64,000 bases of DNA from Octopus sinensis (GCF_006345805.1 NW_021831836.1:1-64000), one strand, 5' to 3'. Positions 39,967-53,080 are shown, counted from the first letter of the stretch. Notes: generated by a model not told the origin, from the letters alone. A program made the numbers and translations.

Positions 39967-40052
39967 CCTTCTATATAATAAATTAATTTTACTCTGCTAT
40001 GTATTGAGTACCTTATTTACTGTGGTTAACCCCGAATCAACCCGGGACCTAC

Positions 40053-40085
<33 letters not shown>

Positions 40086-41058
40086 ATATATTATAGGTTA
40101 TCTACTATTGTTTCACTAGGTTCATTAGGAGTGACATAATCATAATACAGTTGGTTAGATTGCACAACATATTGCATAACACCCAATTCATCAGGCTGTA
40201 AAATAAACAAGTGAGCATTCGTTTGTTGATTAATGAAAAACAAAAAAAAACATTAGAATTACCAACATGTAAGAAATTTAGAGGTGGGTGTCTCCAGTCT
40301 CCCAATCTAGAGAGATGGATAGTAAAATAAGTTTGTAAAGATAAGGACAGTTAAAAGCATTAACATCCTAAAGAAATCATTAAGCCTAGTGACCTCATCT
40401 ACAAAGGCTCATCTACCACATGGTTCTGGGTTCAGTCCTCTTTTGTGATGACTTGGGGAAGTGTCTTCTAGATAGCTTTGGGCCAACCAGAGCCTTGTGA
40501 GTGGATTTGGTAGACAGAAACTGAAAGAAGCTGTCATATCATCATCATCATCATTGTCGTTTAATGCCTGCTTTCCATGCTGACATGGGTTGGACAGTGT
40601 GACTGAGGGCTGGCAAGCCAGATGGCTGCACCAGGCTCCAATCTGATCTGGCAAAGTTTCTACAGCTGGATGCCCTGCCTAACACCAACCACTCTGAGAG
40701 TGTAGTGCGTGCTTTTACAAGCCACCAGCACGAGGGTCAGTCAGGTGGTACTGGTATCAGCCACGCTCAAAAGGTGCTTTTTACGTGCCACCTGCACTGG
40801 AGCCAGTCTGGCGGCAACATACATATATATTTATAATGTATGTGTGTGTGTCTTTGTTTCTGTGTTTCTCTCCCAACACCTCCTCTGCTCAACAACTGGT
40901 GTTGGTGTGTTTACGTTACTTGTAACTTAGCGGTTCAACAAAAGAGATTTATGAAATAAGTTCCAGGCTTAAAAAAAGAAGTACAGGAGTTGATTCACTT
41001 GACTAAAAATTCAAGGCGGTGCCCTAGCATGGCTGCAGTCTAATAATTGAAGCAAGTA

Positions 41059-41094
<36 letters not shown>

Positions 41095-41171
41095 ATGTGT
41101 ATATATATATATATATATATATGCATATCTGTATGTGTATATATATATATATATATGTGTGTGTGTATGTG

Positions 41172-41202
<31 letters not shown>

Positions 41203-41488
41203 ATATATGTGTGTGTATGTCAAAACTCCCACTGATGGATAGGTATCTTCTGATGTCATCAAGTCCTCATGGTCAAGGTTACATTCATCAAAGGTGAATG
41301 GAGAAGTATCTTCTTTTAAATGTAATAATTTTTGTGTGTGTGTATGTAAACACATTTTTTGCATATTCCTTCTACTATAACTTACATGGAATACTACCAC
41401 TGCTGCTGCTGCTGCTACTACTACTACTACTACTACTATATATATATATATATATAACACCTTAGATAATTTTGTTGTGTTATTTCAG

Positions 41489-41603
41489 GATGATGAATTA
41501 ACTTTTGAAGAAGGAGACATAATTTATATTACTGATCAAAAAGATTCCAATTGGTGGAAAGGAAAGTGTGGGTCAAAAGTTGGCTTAATACCAAGCAATT
41601 ATG
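41489..41603 (+). CDS. OSTF1: OSTF1 exon, SH3 core: [38 protein letters not shown]
   Basis: TTTCAG/GTAAG boundaries, 115 nt (phase 0 to 1), canonical SH3 WW and GLIPSNY motifs. Confidence 0.95.
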
Positions 41604-41869
41604 GTAAGATAAAATTTTATCTTATAATATTAAGTAATTGATAAAATTCTTAAACATGATGCCCATTATAAGTGGATGATGATATGTAAAAGTAAATTTT
41701 GGGATTCCATAATCAAGATTCAAATATTTTCTGTTGGGCACAAACTGGTAGTGATGATTATTAGTATTCTTGAGTTTACATGTATTCCTTTGGTATGGTT
41801 TTTTTTTCCATAATTTTATTGCATTATCTCTCAGTTTCCCCTTTACTTTGTTATTTCTTCATTTGAATA

Positions 41870-43067
41870 GCACAAAAATGCCCCCTAATATGAAGATCAA
41901 ATACCTAAGTTTCACAGGTATATCATTAATGTGAGAAATGAAGTTAATTTTGAAATTTCACAGATAGCTAACATGGACAAAGTCTCTCTGACATTTGATG
42001 TGCCATCAAACAAGGGTGCTAAAACTGTGACTGTTAAAATATGTTGCCATGAAAAGACACTATACAGTTGTATTAAGCATGCTGTGTTGATGACACAAAA
42101 TTGCCACCTTTTCTAATTTTTAAAAGAAAGACATTGTCTAAAGAAAGTATACCCAATGGTATTTTCATATCCACCCAAAAGGTTGGATGGATGAGGAAGG
42201 AATGAAATTGTGGCCTGATAAAGTGTAGTCCAGGCATCCTGGTGGGTTATTAAAGAAACCTGCCTTATTACTGTGGGCCTAGTTTGGGCTCATAGAAATG
42301 AGCTTGTTAAGAGGAAACTCAGGGAACTGAAGACCTGGTTAGCTGTAATTCCAGGAGGCCTATCCAACCAGTTACAGCCTTTAGATGTTTCAATCAATAA
42401 ACCATTTAAAAGATTCATGCAGAAGGAGTGGAGTAAGTGGATGGAGTCTTCAGATTTTGAAGTGACACCAATAGGAAGGTGTGTGAATGGGTAAAAAGTT
42501 CCTGGAATGCTGTAAAAGAAAAGATAGTTGTGCAATCATTTAAAAAATGTGGCATTAGTAATCTCCTTGATGGTACTGAGGATGATTTATTGTTCAAAGA
42601 AGATATTGATGACCCAGATCTTATTGCAGAGAATTCCAGTGATGAAGAGAGTACTGTTAATATGGATGGCAACAACGACAATGAGTAACTGTAACTATCT
42701 AAAGGAATTCATCACATATATTGTACTTTGCTGATTGGTTTGTAACAGATTTTATTTGCTTTTAGCTTGCATGTACCAGGATTCATTGATACCAATGTAT
42801 ATTTCTTTTTTGCTATGGTAAATTTAATTTAGATTCCTTTAAAGGTGAGAGTAAAGCTACATGCGATTTCATACTTTATTCCAGTATACTGTCACAATAT
42901 TGTATTTCATGCACAGGATCATACAATTTTCATTACAAAACCACTTTAAAATATTTTATAATAAATCTATGATGAAACGTAGTAAAATTGTTTTTTCTGC
43001 AAAATATCCTTGTAAAATAGGGATGCGTCTTATGTGAGGGTGCATCCAATGCGCTGGCAAATATGAT
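41870..43067 (+). mobile_element. pogo/Tigger-type transposon remnant
   Basis: IANMDKVSLTFDVP, IPGGLSNQLQPLDVSINKPFK and VQSFKKCGIS. The right end resembles a pogo subterminal repeat/TIR. Boundaries approximate. Confidence 0.8.
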
Positions 43068-43486
43068 AATATATTATTGTGATTGGAAGTGAAATAACTT
43101 GGCAAAATAAAACTAAAAATGCAAATCGTCCTTTCTTTCTTAAATAGCTTCTCTTAATCTTTTTCATTCTGTGGAACTTCCAAGGACCCCACTAGTAGTA
43201 ATTAATTCAGTTAAAGCAGTGTTCATAGCCACTGGAATGACTACTTTATGCATAGTACTCCTAGGCCTTTTTTCATCATTATAAGATCCAATTTGATGCA
43301 CTGCTACTTGATACCTAGTACCATTAATGAAATCCAGTGGTGGGCTGAGTTAACAAAGAAGACTTTACACAATTACTTAGCATGCGAGAAATAGAAGCAA
43401 AATATCTCCATCCTTTCATTTCCTCTAATCTTTTATAAGAAAAGGACTATTAGATACTTCAGTCCTACATTGACATAAAATAACAT

Positions 43487-45843
43487 GCACCTGTGTCAGT
43501 GGCACATAAAAACACCTTCCGAAGACCCGGCAAGACTAGTCAGGCCATAACCTGTGGCCCCTACCTGGGACATAGTCAGTCCACCTGTGCATACCTTCCT
43601 TCTCGTGACACTTGTGAAGACCTGTTGAGGCAAGTGAAAATCAAAATCAAAATCAGAATCAAAACAAATCAAAATAGATGAACATCAATGGAATTTGTAT
43701 CTTTGTGGTACCAGTGCCGGTGGCACACAAGAAAACCATCCGAACGTGGCCGTAGCCAGTACCGCATCGACTGGCCATCGTGCTGTGGGCACATAACAAA
43801 CACCATCCGATTGTGGCCGTACGCCAGCCTCATCTGGCACCTGTGTCGGTGACACATAAAAACACCATCCGAAGACCCGGCAAGACTAGTCAGGCCATAA
43901 CCCTGTGGCCCCTACCTGGGACGTAGTCAGTCCACCTGTGCATACTTCCTTCTTGTGACACTTGTGAAGACCTGTTGAGGCAAGTGAAAATCAAATCAAA
44001 TCAAATCAAATCAAAACAAATCAAAATAGATGAACATCAATGGAATTTGTATCTTTGTGGTACCAGTGCCGGTGGCACACAAGAAAACCATCCGAACGTG
44101 GCCGTAGCCAGTACTGCATCGACTGGCCTCCGTGCTGTGGGCACGTAACAAACACCATCCGATCATGGCCGTTCGCCAGCCTCATCTGGCACCTGTGTCG
44201 GTGGCACATAAAAACACCATCCGAAGACCCGGCAAGACTAGTCAGGCCATAACCCGTGGCCCCTACCTGAGACGTAGTCAGTCCACCTGTGCATACCTTC
44301 CTTCTTGTGACACTTGTGAAGACCTGTTGAGGCAAGTGAAAATCAAATCAAATCAAAATAGATGAACATCAATGGAATTTGTATCTTTGTGGTACCAGTG
44401 CCGGTGGCACACAAGAAAACCATCTGAACGTGGCCGTAGCCAGTACCGCATCGACTGGCCATCGTGCTGTGGGCACATAACAAACACCATCCGATTGTGG
44501 CCGTACGCCAGCCTCATCTGGCACCTGTGTCGGTGACACATAAAAACACCATCCGAAGACCCGGCAAGACTAGTCAGGCCATAACCCTGTGGCCCCTACC
44601 TGGGACGTAGTCAGTCCACCTGTGCATACCTTCCTTCTTGTGACACTTGTGAAGACCTGTTGAGGCAAGTGAAAATCAAATCAAATCAAAATAGATGAAC
44701 ATCAATGGAATTTGTATCTTTGTGGTACCAGTGCCGGTGGCACACAAGAAAACCATCCGAACGTGGCCGTAGCCAGTACCGCATCGACTGGCCTCCGTGC
44801 TGTGGGCACGTAACAAACACCATCCGATCATGGCCGTTCGCCAGCCTCATCTGGCACCTGTGTCAGCGGCACATAAAAACACCATCCGAAGACCTGGCAA
44901 GACTAGTCAGGCCATAACCCGTGGCCCCTACCTGGGATGTAGTCAGTCCACCTGTGCATACCTTCCTTCTTGTGACACTTGTGAAGACCTGTTGAGGCAA
45001 GTGAAAATCAAATCAAATCAAAATAGATGAACATCAATGGAATTTGTGTCTTTGTGGTACCAGTGCCGGTGGCACACAAGAACACCATCCAAACGTGGCC
45101 GTAGCCAGTACCGCATCGACTGGCCTCCGTGCTGTGGGCACGTAACAAACACCATCCGATCGTGGCCGTTCGCCACCCTCATCTGGCACCTGTGTCGGCG
45201 GCACATAAAAACACCATCCGAAGACCTGGCAAGACTAGTCAGGCCATAACCCGTGGCCCCTACCTGGGATGTAGTCAGTCCACCTGTGCATACCTTCCTT
45301 CTTGTGACACTTGTGAAGACCTGTTGAGGCAAGTGAAAATCAAATTAAATCAAAATAGATGAACATCAATGGAATTTGTATCTTTGTGGTACCAGTGCCG
45401 GTGGCACACAAGAAAACCATCCAAACGTGGCCGTAGCCAGTACCGCATCGACTGGCCTCCGTGCTGTGGGCATGTAACAAACACCATCCGATCGTGGCCG
45501 TTCGCCAGCCTCATCTGGCACCTGTGTCGGTGGCACATAAAAACACCATCCGAGCGTGGCCGTCTGCCAGCCTCGTCTGGCACCTGTGTCGGTAGCACAT
45601 AAAAAACACCATCCGAGCGTGGCCGTTCGCCAGCCTCGTCTGGCACCTGTGTCGGTGGCACATAAAATCACCCACTACACTCTCGGAGTGGTTGGCGTTA
45701 GAAAGGGCATCCAGCTGTAGAAACACTGCCAGATCTGACTGGCCTGGTGCAGCCTTCGGGCTCCCCAGACCCCAGTTGGACCGTCCAACCCATGCTAGCA
45801 TGGAAAGCGGACGTTAAATGATGATGATGATGATGATGATGAT
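43487..45843 (+). repeat. Tandem array of ~332-bp RTE 3'-UTR units (~6.5 copies) ending in a normal RTE tail
   Basis: Marker ATAGATGAACATC starts at 43674, 44026, 44358, 44691, 45023 and 45355. The unit is homologous to 22505-22680. (GAT)n tail at ~45819-45843. Confidence 0.92.
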
Positions 45844-47132
45844 AGCTGAAATACTTTTATAGGTTATAGGCTAAACAACACCACTATCCAATAGCAAACC
45901 ACTTACTAGCATTCTAGCTTAGCATTTTATTTTCTACAACCTAAAAGCTCTATTGATTTTCCATTGTTGAATATCCTAACTATACTGGACACTCTCAGTT
46001 TTGAATAAATATTGATTAATTTCCCATTTTATTCTTACTCTTTAAATATTAAACAACTGTTTATGATAGTTTACTGAGTTCTTTTTCTCATATTTTTCTA
46101 ATGCTGTATATTCTTTCCATGCATTCAAACTGCTCTATTGCTAATTGATTTATAATTCAATTCCATTGATGTCTGTCAAAAATTTGCACTTCAGTACATT
46201 ACCCAAATTTGAATGATAAAAATTGTTATATGAAGATAAATTGTGTAGTTCAATATTTGTGAATATTTGTAATTCCGCCAAAATCTGATTTTCTGCATAT
46301 ATTTTGTGTGCAAATACTATAAGTAAATAAAAAATTAGTTTTTCTATTTAAAAGAATAAATCACAGTTAAATTGATATTATGAAAACAGCACTGAGATTT
46401 TATGTGTTAGAAATAGATGCATTAACCCTTTTGGTGACTATGTTTTCATAAAACAACATCTTTATTTATCGACATATTAAAGTGATTTTTGGAACACAAT
46501 TTAACAAAACATTCTTAAAAAGATCTATTTCATAATTTTTGTTTCAAAGCAAATCTAATTACAGGTAAATACATATAAATTCGATTAAATATAAAATTAT
46601 TGAAATTCTGTTAAAACATCAGCATAGAAAATGAGTTATTAGCTAATATTCAATTGAGTGTACTATAAAGGCTGTGCTCTAGCATGGCCACAGACAAATG
46701 ACTGAAACAAGTAAAAGAGTAAAATTTTAATTTAGAAGAATTGTGCGCATTATTGGATTATCAGTTGAACTTAAATATATATATAAGACAGGTGTAGCAA
46801 TAAAGGTAAAAATAGAATGAAATACTGGGAATTTATCTTTGAAGAAAACTAGGAAATGAAATACACTTACCATTAACTAATTGAAATAAACTTGCATACA
46901 TAAATACTTAGAAACATATACATAATGACTCTCAATACAAATTGATCAACATTTGTCACTTGCCTTACAGGTAAGTTAAAATTCCCAGTAAATTAAAGTT
47001 AAAGGTAAATAAAAACTAAAACAAGGTAAAATTGGAAAATTTTTTTATAAAATCAAATTTTATATATATATAAACAATAAATTAAATAGAGAGATACAAA
47101 TGACAATCCAGTAATTTATTTATATTATAATA

Positions 47133-48200
47133 CTAGCAGTATCACGTGGCGTTGCTCGGGTTTGTTTCGTCCCTTTAGAATTGGAATTTTTGAAAAGTAA
47201 AAATTTTGCATTATGGTGGTGGAGCATTGTTTGAAGCTCTTCAATGATATTGTGACTTAAAGGAGGGTTTTTGCTGCATCTATGAGAAAGTTCTTGCTCA
47301 TGTCCTCCCATGAAGAAAACCTGCATAAACCATCACTCCTCTCCTGGTTGTGGGAGAATGCTCCCAATTTTGTGGTAACACTGGCCCTGAATTTGGAAAG
47401 AAAAAAGGTTTTCTTCGGGCCTTGTAACAGTGGTTCGAGAAGTGCTGGCGACCTCAGTGTTGTCAGTGTTTGTTCTTGTTATTCGGCCATCACTCACACC
47501 AAAAGACGTCATCGACAAACATGAGTTGTATCTCCATAAACTCTTTTGAAAAACTTTCCATGGTCAGAGTCACTTGTGAGGTCTTGGAGTATTTTGGGAG
47601 GAGCAGCCAGGGCCTCAGGATGAACTTTGCCCCAGAACAGCACTCCACTTTTTCGCCCTGCAGTATTTGCAAACTTGATCCATCTCTCCAATAGAAACGT
47701 GAGCTCGACTTGTGTAGTCATAAGTAGGATCGTAGTTGAAACCCACCATCAACCAAAAATTTTGTTCTGGACGATGTCGTTGTCTTCGACGTTGCTGGTC
47801 CTGCAAACGAATCTCCCTAGCCTCCTCATTCTCCGTCATACGGGTGAATCGATCTCTTTCACGCTGAGCAAAAAGACGTGATTCTCTGGTAGCAGGAGTC
47901 TCGCTCCTTCATGATCGCCTGGTGGATTGGGAGAAAGGGTGACACTCATATGCCTCATTACTCTCTTCGATGCATGAAAGGGTTGCACTATCACTTGGTT
48001 CAGCAACCGGAAATTCCACTGATTGCGGAGTTTCCTCAGAAGGAAGACCCTGTAGAGACGGATATCATCGTTCAAAATAGTATAGCTAATGATTATTTGG
48101 TAAAGCCAATATAATAGTAGTAAATTGTATTTTTGGATAGTCAAGTCTGGTATACTTCTTAAATAAAAAAACCCCAGAAAAATCGAGTCATAATTCAAAC
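47133..48200 (-). mobile_element. Internally deleted Helitron (family B) retaining Rep N-terminal remnants; 5' end not located
   Basis: CTAG terminus at 47133-47136. Peptides VCKYCRAKKW, MTSFG and FQIQGQCYHKIGSILP are joined directly to the 3' terminal sequence shared with 9310-9389. Confidence 0.8.
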
Positions 48201-49394
48201 AAATTGTGCAATTAATTTTTTTGATAAAGAATAAAGTGTGTGACTTATAAGTAATAATTATTTTTAGTTCGACAGGAATGCATTCACTGCCATGACTTTA
48301 ATGTTATGTATTAAAAAGAATAATTGAATGAAAATAAAGCAATGGCAAAATTAATGTGTTCAATACCAAGATAAGCTGCAAATATTATGGATATTTGGTA
48401 GGCAGTCCAACAAACAGTTATTTTACTGAACAAATTGTCCAAGAAAACGTAAATATTGACACAAACTCGATTTTTCATGAATGTTTAACAGATTTGAATA
48501 ATTAGGTTCTAATGTAAACATTGCAGCCACTGTTTTTATGGTATTAATCAAAGTGGCAATAATAGATTAGATGCTAGAAATAGTAATGAATTGTATGTAT
48601 AAAAATGTCTGGGTAATATTGTAAGTCAATGGAGACATCACATTTGCACATTTTAGGTTACTTGTAAAAGGGCCGTTTCATTTAAAATATTATGATTATG
48701 AAAATATGCTGAATAGAAGAGTTTAAATGAAAAAAAAAAACGAACCACAACTTGAGAGAAGTAGCCTAATTGGGAAAGAGTAAACAAAAAGACTACATCA
48801 GGGAAGGTATATAAAGTTTAATTTATAGCAACATTGAATGAAAATGAATAGATCAGAAATTCCTTAGATTCATATAGACAGCCAGGTTTCAAGTTTTAAA
48901 TAACGGAACGGAAAAAGAGTAAGTTCAGCAATATTTCAACGAAAAAATGTAATATTTAGGCAAAAAGCGTACCTGTGCATGGGCTTCCCTTCCTTGCAAT
49001 TTACGGGTTCTATTTTGCTTATCAGAAAGATTTGAGCGTTTTCGGTTTGGCATATTGGCATATTGTAAAAGCTTATTGTACAAACAACTTAAATTTTTGA
49101 AATCACATCCACTTAGAAATAGTATTAAATGATTAGTCACTGGATCACATGTGATTGTTTACATAAGATCGTCACTTTCCGTAAAAATTTTTATTTTTTT
49201 ATATATGTGGGTTGGGAGGAAGGGTATCATAAAAGCCAGACAGATAGAGTGCGAAGTTCTTTTGAAGCTGGCGTTCCGTTTGTGTGTGTGTTTGTGTGTG
49301 TCTCGCACACCCCATCAAACACACACTCTCTCACACACACACACACACTCTCTCTCTCTCTCTCTCACACACATACACACACACGCACGCACAT

Positions 49395-49760
49395 AAAATC
49401 TTCCGATTGAGGCCAACAATGTGAGGAACCTAGTGGAACTTCCTCTTCACCTTACTTCTTGGAGGCACCACAAATCTACATGTTTCCATTCAAGCATCTC
49501 AACAATCTCACCAGACCTACCTTTCAGCATGACCATGTTGAGTGTGCCAACCCCGAGGGTGTGGGAGGTGTGGGCCCGTGAGACCCTGGGATGGGGGACA
49601 GCAGCATCATATACCTGAAAAGAAAGCTCGCATTTGGCAGAATTCATCAACAAACAATAGCCTTCAACTTGCATACACTACACCATCTGTTTTATGCACT
49701 TTATGATCACTACCTTACATAGGAGATAAACCCTAAGTTGGGGTGGGGATGGCATTAAGC
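49395..49760 (-). mobile_element. RTE 5' (endonuclease N-terminus) fragment
   Basis: VGTLNMVMLKGRSGEIVEMLEWKHVDLWCLQEVR. Confidence 0.75.
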
Positions 49761-49979
49761 CTTTAGAAGTGTTCATGGGAGACAACCAATGGATGATAGA
49801 GGATAGCTACTTCCGCTACAGGTGGTGAGGGTGTGGTGAATAAACTGTCATCTAAATTGTGCCCCAACTGACCCTACTATACTGTGTAGTCGACAAAATC
49901 GAAACAAACAATGCACACACATAAAATTAAAAATATAAAATGGCGACAATTTACTCATCTCACCCTGTATATAAATCTG

Positions 49980-51014
49980 TTGGGTCATCCCATAAATAAT
50001 GCGGTTTTTTCAATTGCATGAACTAAAAAGAGGGGATGAGATAAACTACCTGCAACAACTTGCTATAAAAGCTGGTAATAAATTTACTTAATCCTTATTG
50101 TTAGTGCAACTTTTGAAGAGTGGAGTTCGATTTTAATTTATTTTTTTAAAAGCTATTACAGAAGTGACATAGGAGCATGTTCGGCATATTTTACTTTATG
50201 AGTTCTGTTGAGCAACTAGCAGAGAAGCTTGAATTTGGTAATTCAACCATTCATTGACACCTGCATGTCATCGGAAAAGTTGGCAAATTGGGTCAATGGG
50301 TTCCTCACAGACTTTCCGAATACTATCACACGCAGAGAGTGAATTTGTCTTTGCTGTCACATCTCACAAATGAACCTTTTTTAGACCAAATAGTGACTGG
50401 TGATGAGAAATGGATTCTCTATAAAAATGTCAAATGCTAAAGACAAGTGGGTAGGGAAAGGAGAAACACTGGCACCCCAGGCTAAAGAAGGTCTTTACCC
50501 ATGTAAAGTGTTGTTATTTGTTTGGTGGGATATAAAAGGTTTTAGTCCACTTTGAACTTTTACACCCAAACCAAATGATAACAAAAGAGATCTACTGTGA
50601 GCAATTTGAGCAACTTAAGTCAGCGCTAGAAGAAAAACAACCAACTTTGGTTTCATGACAAAAAGTGTTCTTCTATCAGGATAATGCTTAGCCACATACA
50701 ATGAGGATGGCGTTCCAAAGGCTGGAACAGTTCAAATAGGAAACAATGCCCCATCCACCATATTCACCAGACATTGCCCCATCTGATTATCCACAGTCTT
50801 CAAAGTCATTTGGATGTAAAAAAATATGAATCCTGTAGATGAGGTCAGAACAGTACCGGAGGAGTATTTTTCCTGATGGACAAGTCTACTTGATAGATGG
50901 AAGAGTACTGTAGAAAATGAAGGAGAGTATATTTTGGATTAAAAAAGAACTTTATCTTAATTTTGAAAAATAAAAGAAGTATAAAACAACTGCATTATTT
51001 ATGGGATGACACAA
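49980..51014 (+). mobile_element. Decayed mariner (DD34D-type) element with both TIRs
   Basis: TTGGGTCATCCCATAAATAATGC and GCATTATTTATGGGATGACACAA, TA at the right end. IVTGDEKW and HPPYSPDIAPSDY remnants. Confidence 0.88.
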
Positions 51015-51697
51015 TATATATATATTGTATTTCAGGATGTGCTTCTTTTTTTTTGGTCAAATAAAAACACGCACTATATACTCATTCATCACTCATCAAT
51101 TACTGTTTTTATTCTAACTCATGTCCATGGAAATCTTTCATCACACATCTGTAATTTCTTCAGTGACATTTTCTGTTGTTGTGTGTGTTCTTGCTCTACT
51201 TAGTCTATTCTGTTCTTCTATGGTGTATATCCCCATATGCACATGTGTTTGTGTCTGTATGTGTGTGTGTACATGTGTATGTATGTATGTGTACATGTGT
51301 ATGTGTACGTGTGTGTGACATTCTTTGTAGCACTATGGCCCTCCCCTCAACCCTGTTGCTGCTGCCCTTAAACCTGACTTTTGGTACTGTTGCTGTATCT
51401 CCCTGTGTTTGAGTGTTCGCCCTTGCTGCTGCCATCATAGTAGTTGTTGTTGTTGCCACTGTTGCTGTTGCTGTTGTTGGTCATGTTGATGTTATTGTAG
51501 CTATTTGTGAAGTTACTGTGTGTGTGTATCCTTTGCCCTTTATATCGTCTTTCTTTCTTTTTTTATTTACTTGTCTCATATATAGTGCGTGTCTTTATTT
51601 GGGAAAAAAAACAAAAAAACAATCATCCTGAAATACAATAATATATGTTTCAACACAGAGTTTCACACCAGGAATCTTGCAACACAAATTCATAAGC

Positions 51698-51728
<31 letters not shown>

Positions 51729-52084
51729 ATTCACATAATATCTGTAGCATGGAAACTTGTAAAGCATTCCACTCTACATAATGCAGCCTTGTAGAATGCA
51801 CATTGGAAAGTTGTTTCAACTGCTTGTCTATTGGGAGGTTTCCTTTTTGATGAAGATGTTCATGGCACTGCCTTTTGCAACCCCCTCATTTATGAAGATA
51901 GCTGAATTCAGAGGGCTATCCCTCTGGCAGGCTTAAGTTTTTCTCCCAATAGTTACTTTTTGGGATGGAAAAAAACCAATCCTCAACTGTGTTGCTACAT
52001 CTACTCAGAATTGCAAATGGTCACATCACTTTTGAGCCTTTCCTGATTTTGGATATTGCATAAATGCATTAACAATACTCATCA

Positions 52085-52874
52085 TCTCTATATATAAACG
52101 GCAGTTTGTTTGTCTGTGTGTCTATCAGGTTGTACCCTCACCCTGACCACGGCTTTCAACCGTGATGAAACTTGACACACACATAGCCCAATGTCATAAT
52201 TCAAAACTAACGCAGTGAAAATTTTGAAAAGTCCCCCCAGTTCTGAAAAAAATCGATAAATTCGACATGGGTCGAGAATCTAAGCCTTTTATATGCAACA
52301 CATTTTCTACAGACTGTCTAGGGGACGCAACTCGACCTTTTTAACTCTCGGAACACATGGGGTAAGTATCCCAAAATGTATAAAAATGTACAAAAACGGC
52401 AAAAAAGCAGGCAGCAATGTGAGTGACAACAACGAAAAAGTCAAAAGTGACCAAACTGAACAAACAAATGGAAAAGGTTTTTTTGGTGCACACGACAAAA
52501 GCGGTTTATAATAAACCAAGAGTTTGCAAGTAGCGTCCGAGGACCCTTAGGGTATGTCAAAAATTTAAAGTAAAACGTTTGGGGTGGTAGTTATAAAGAA
52601 AGTGTAAACAAAAAAAGTATTCGAATAACTTGCGGCTGCAGCAGCTATTAGCAGAAGTGCTATTGGAGCTAAAGTCTCAAATGTAATTTCTTCCTGGTAG
52701 AAATTGGTTGGGTTGAATTATCGATAGCTGTTTGATAGTTATTTGGGAGTGAAGAGAAGACATTGCAACCTACACATGCGCCTTCGTTCCCTAGAGGGAA
52801 AGGACTAGATTGGGATTAGTCGTTGCCTACTAGGGGCTCTTACATACCCGGGCAACGCCGGGCTATGCTGCTAG
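52085..52874 (+). mobile_element. Intact non-autonomous Helitron, family A (790 bp)
   Basis: A|TCTCTATATATAAACGGC at the 5' end and CCCGGGCAACGCCGGGCTATGCTGCTAG|T at the 3' end. Confidence 0.93.
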
Positions 52875-53080
52875 TATTTACTATATACCAAACCAGAACT
52901 TGCCACCATTTATTATCTGGTCTCCCAATAAGGTAAAAGCTGATCATTTAAGTCAAACAATCTCCACCACCCATGTATATTTACTATATACCAAACCAGA
53001 AATTGCCACCATTTATTATCTGGTCTCCCAATAAGGTAAAAGCTGATCATTTAAGTCAAACAATCTCCACCACCCATGTA
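52875..53080. repeat. 103-bp tandem duplication abutting the Helitron 3' end
   Basis: TATTTACTATATACCAAACCAG starts at 52875 and 52978; about one mismatch between copies. Confidence 0.92.

Larger units (their letters stand above)
24974..40052 (-). mobile_element. Penelope-like element (Naiad-like motifs) with giant inverted 3' duplication; contains a nested Helitron
   Basis: Left arm 24974-28737 is the reverse complement of right arm 30267-39982 once the Helitron at 32330-38440 is removed. The spacer 28738-30266 encodes RT and linker. TA arrays lie outside both ends. Confidence 0.88.

Noticed and set aside
43487-45843. Retrozyme hypothesis for the 332-bp tandem units
   Set aside because: No CUGANGA...GAAA hammerhead core was found on either strand, and the unit is homologous to the RTE 3' UTR.
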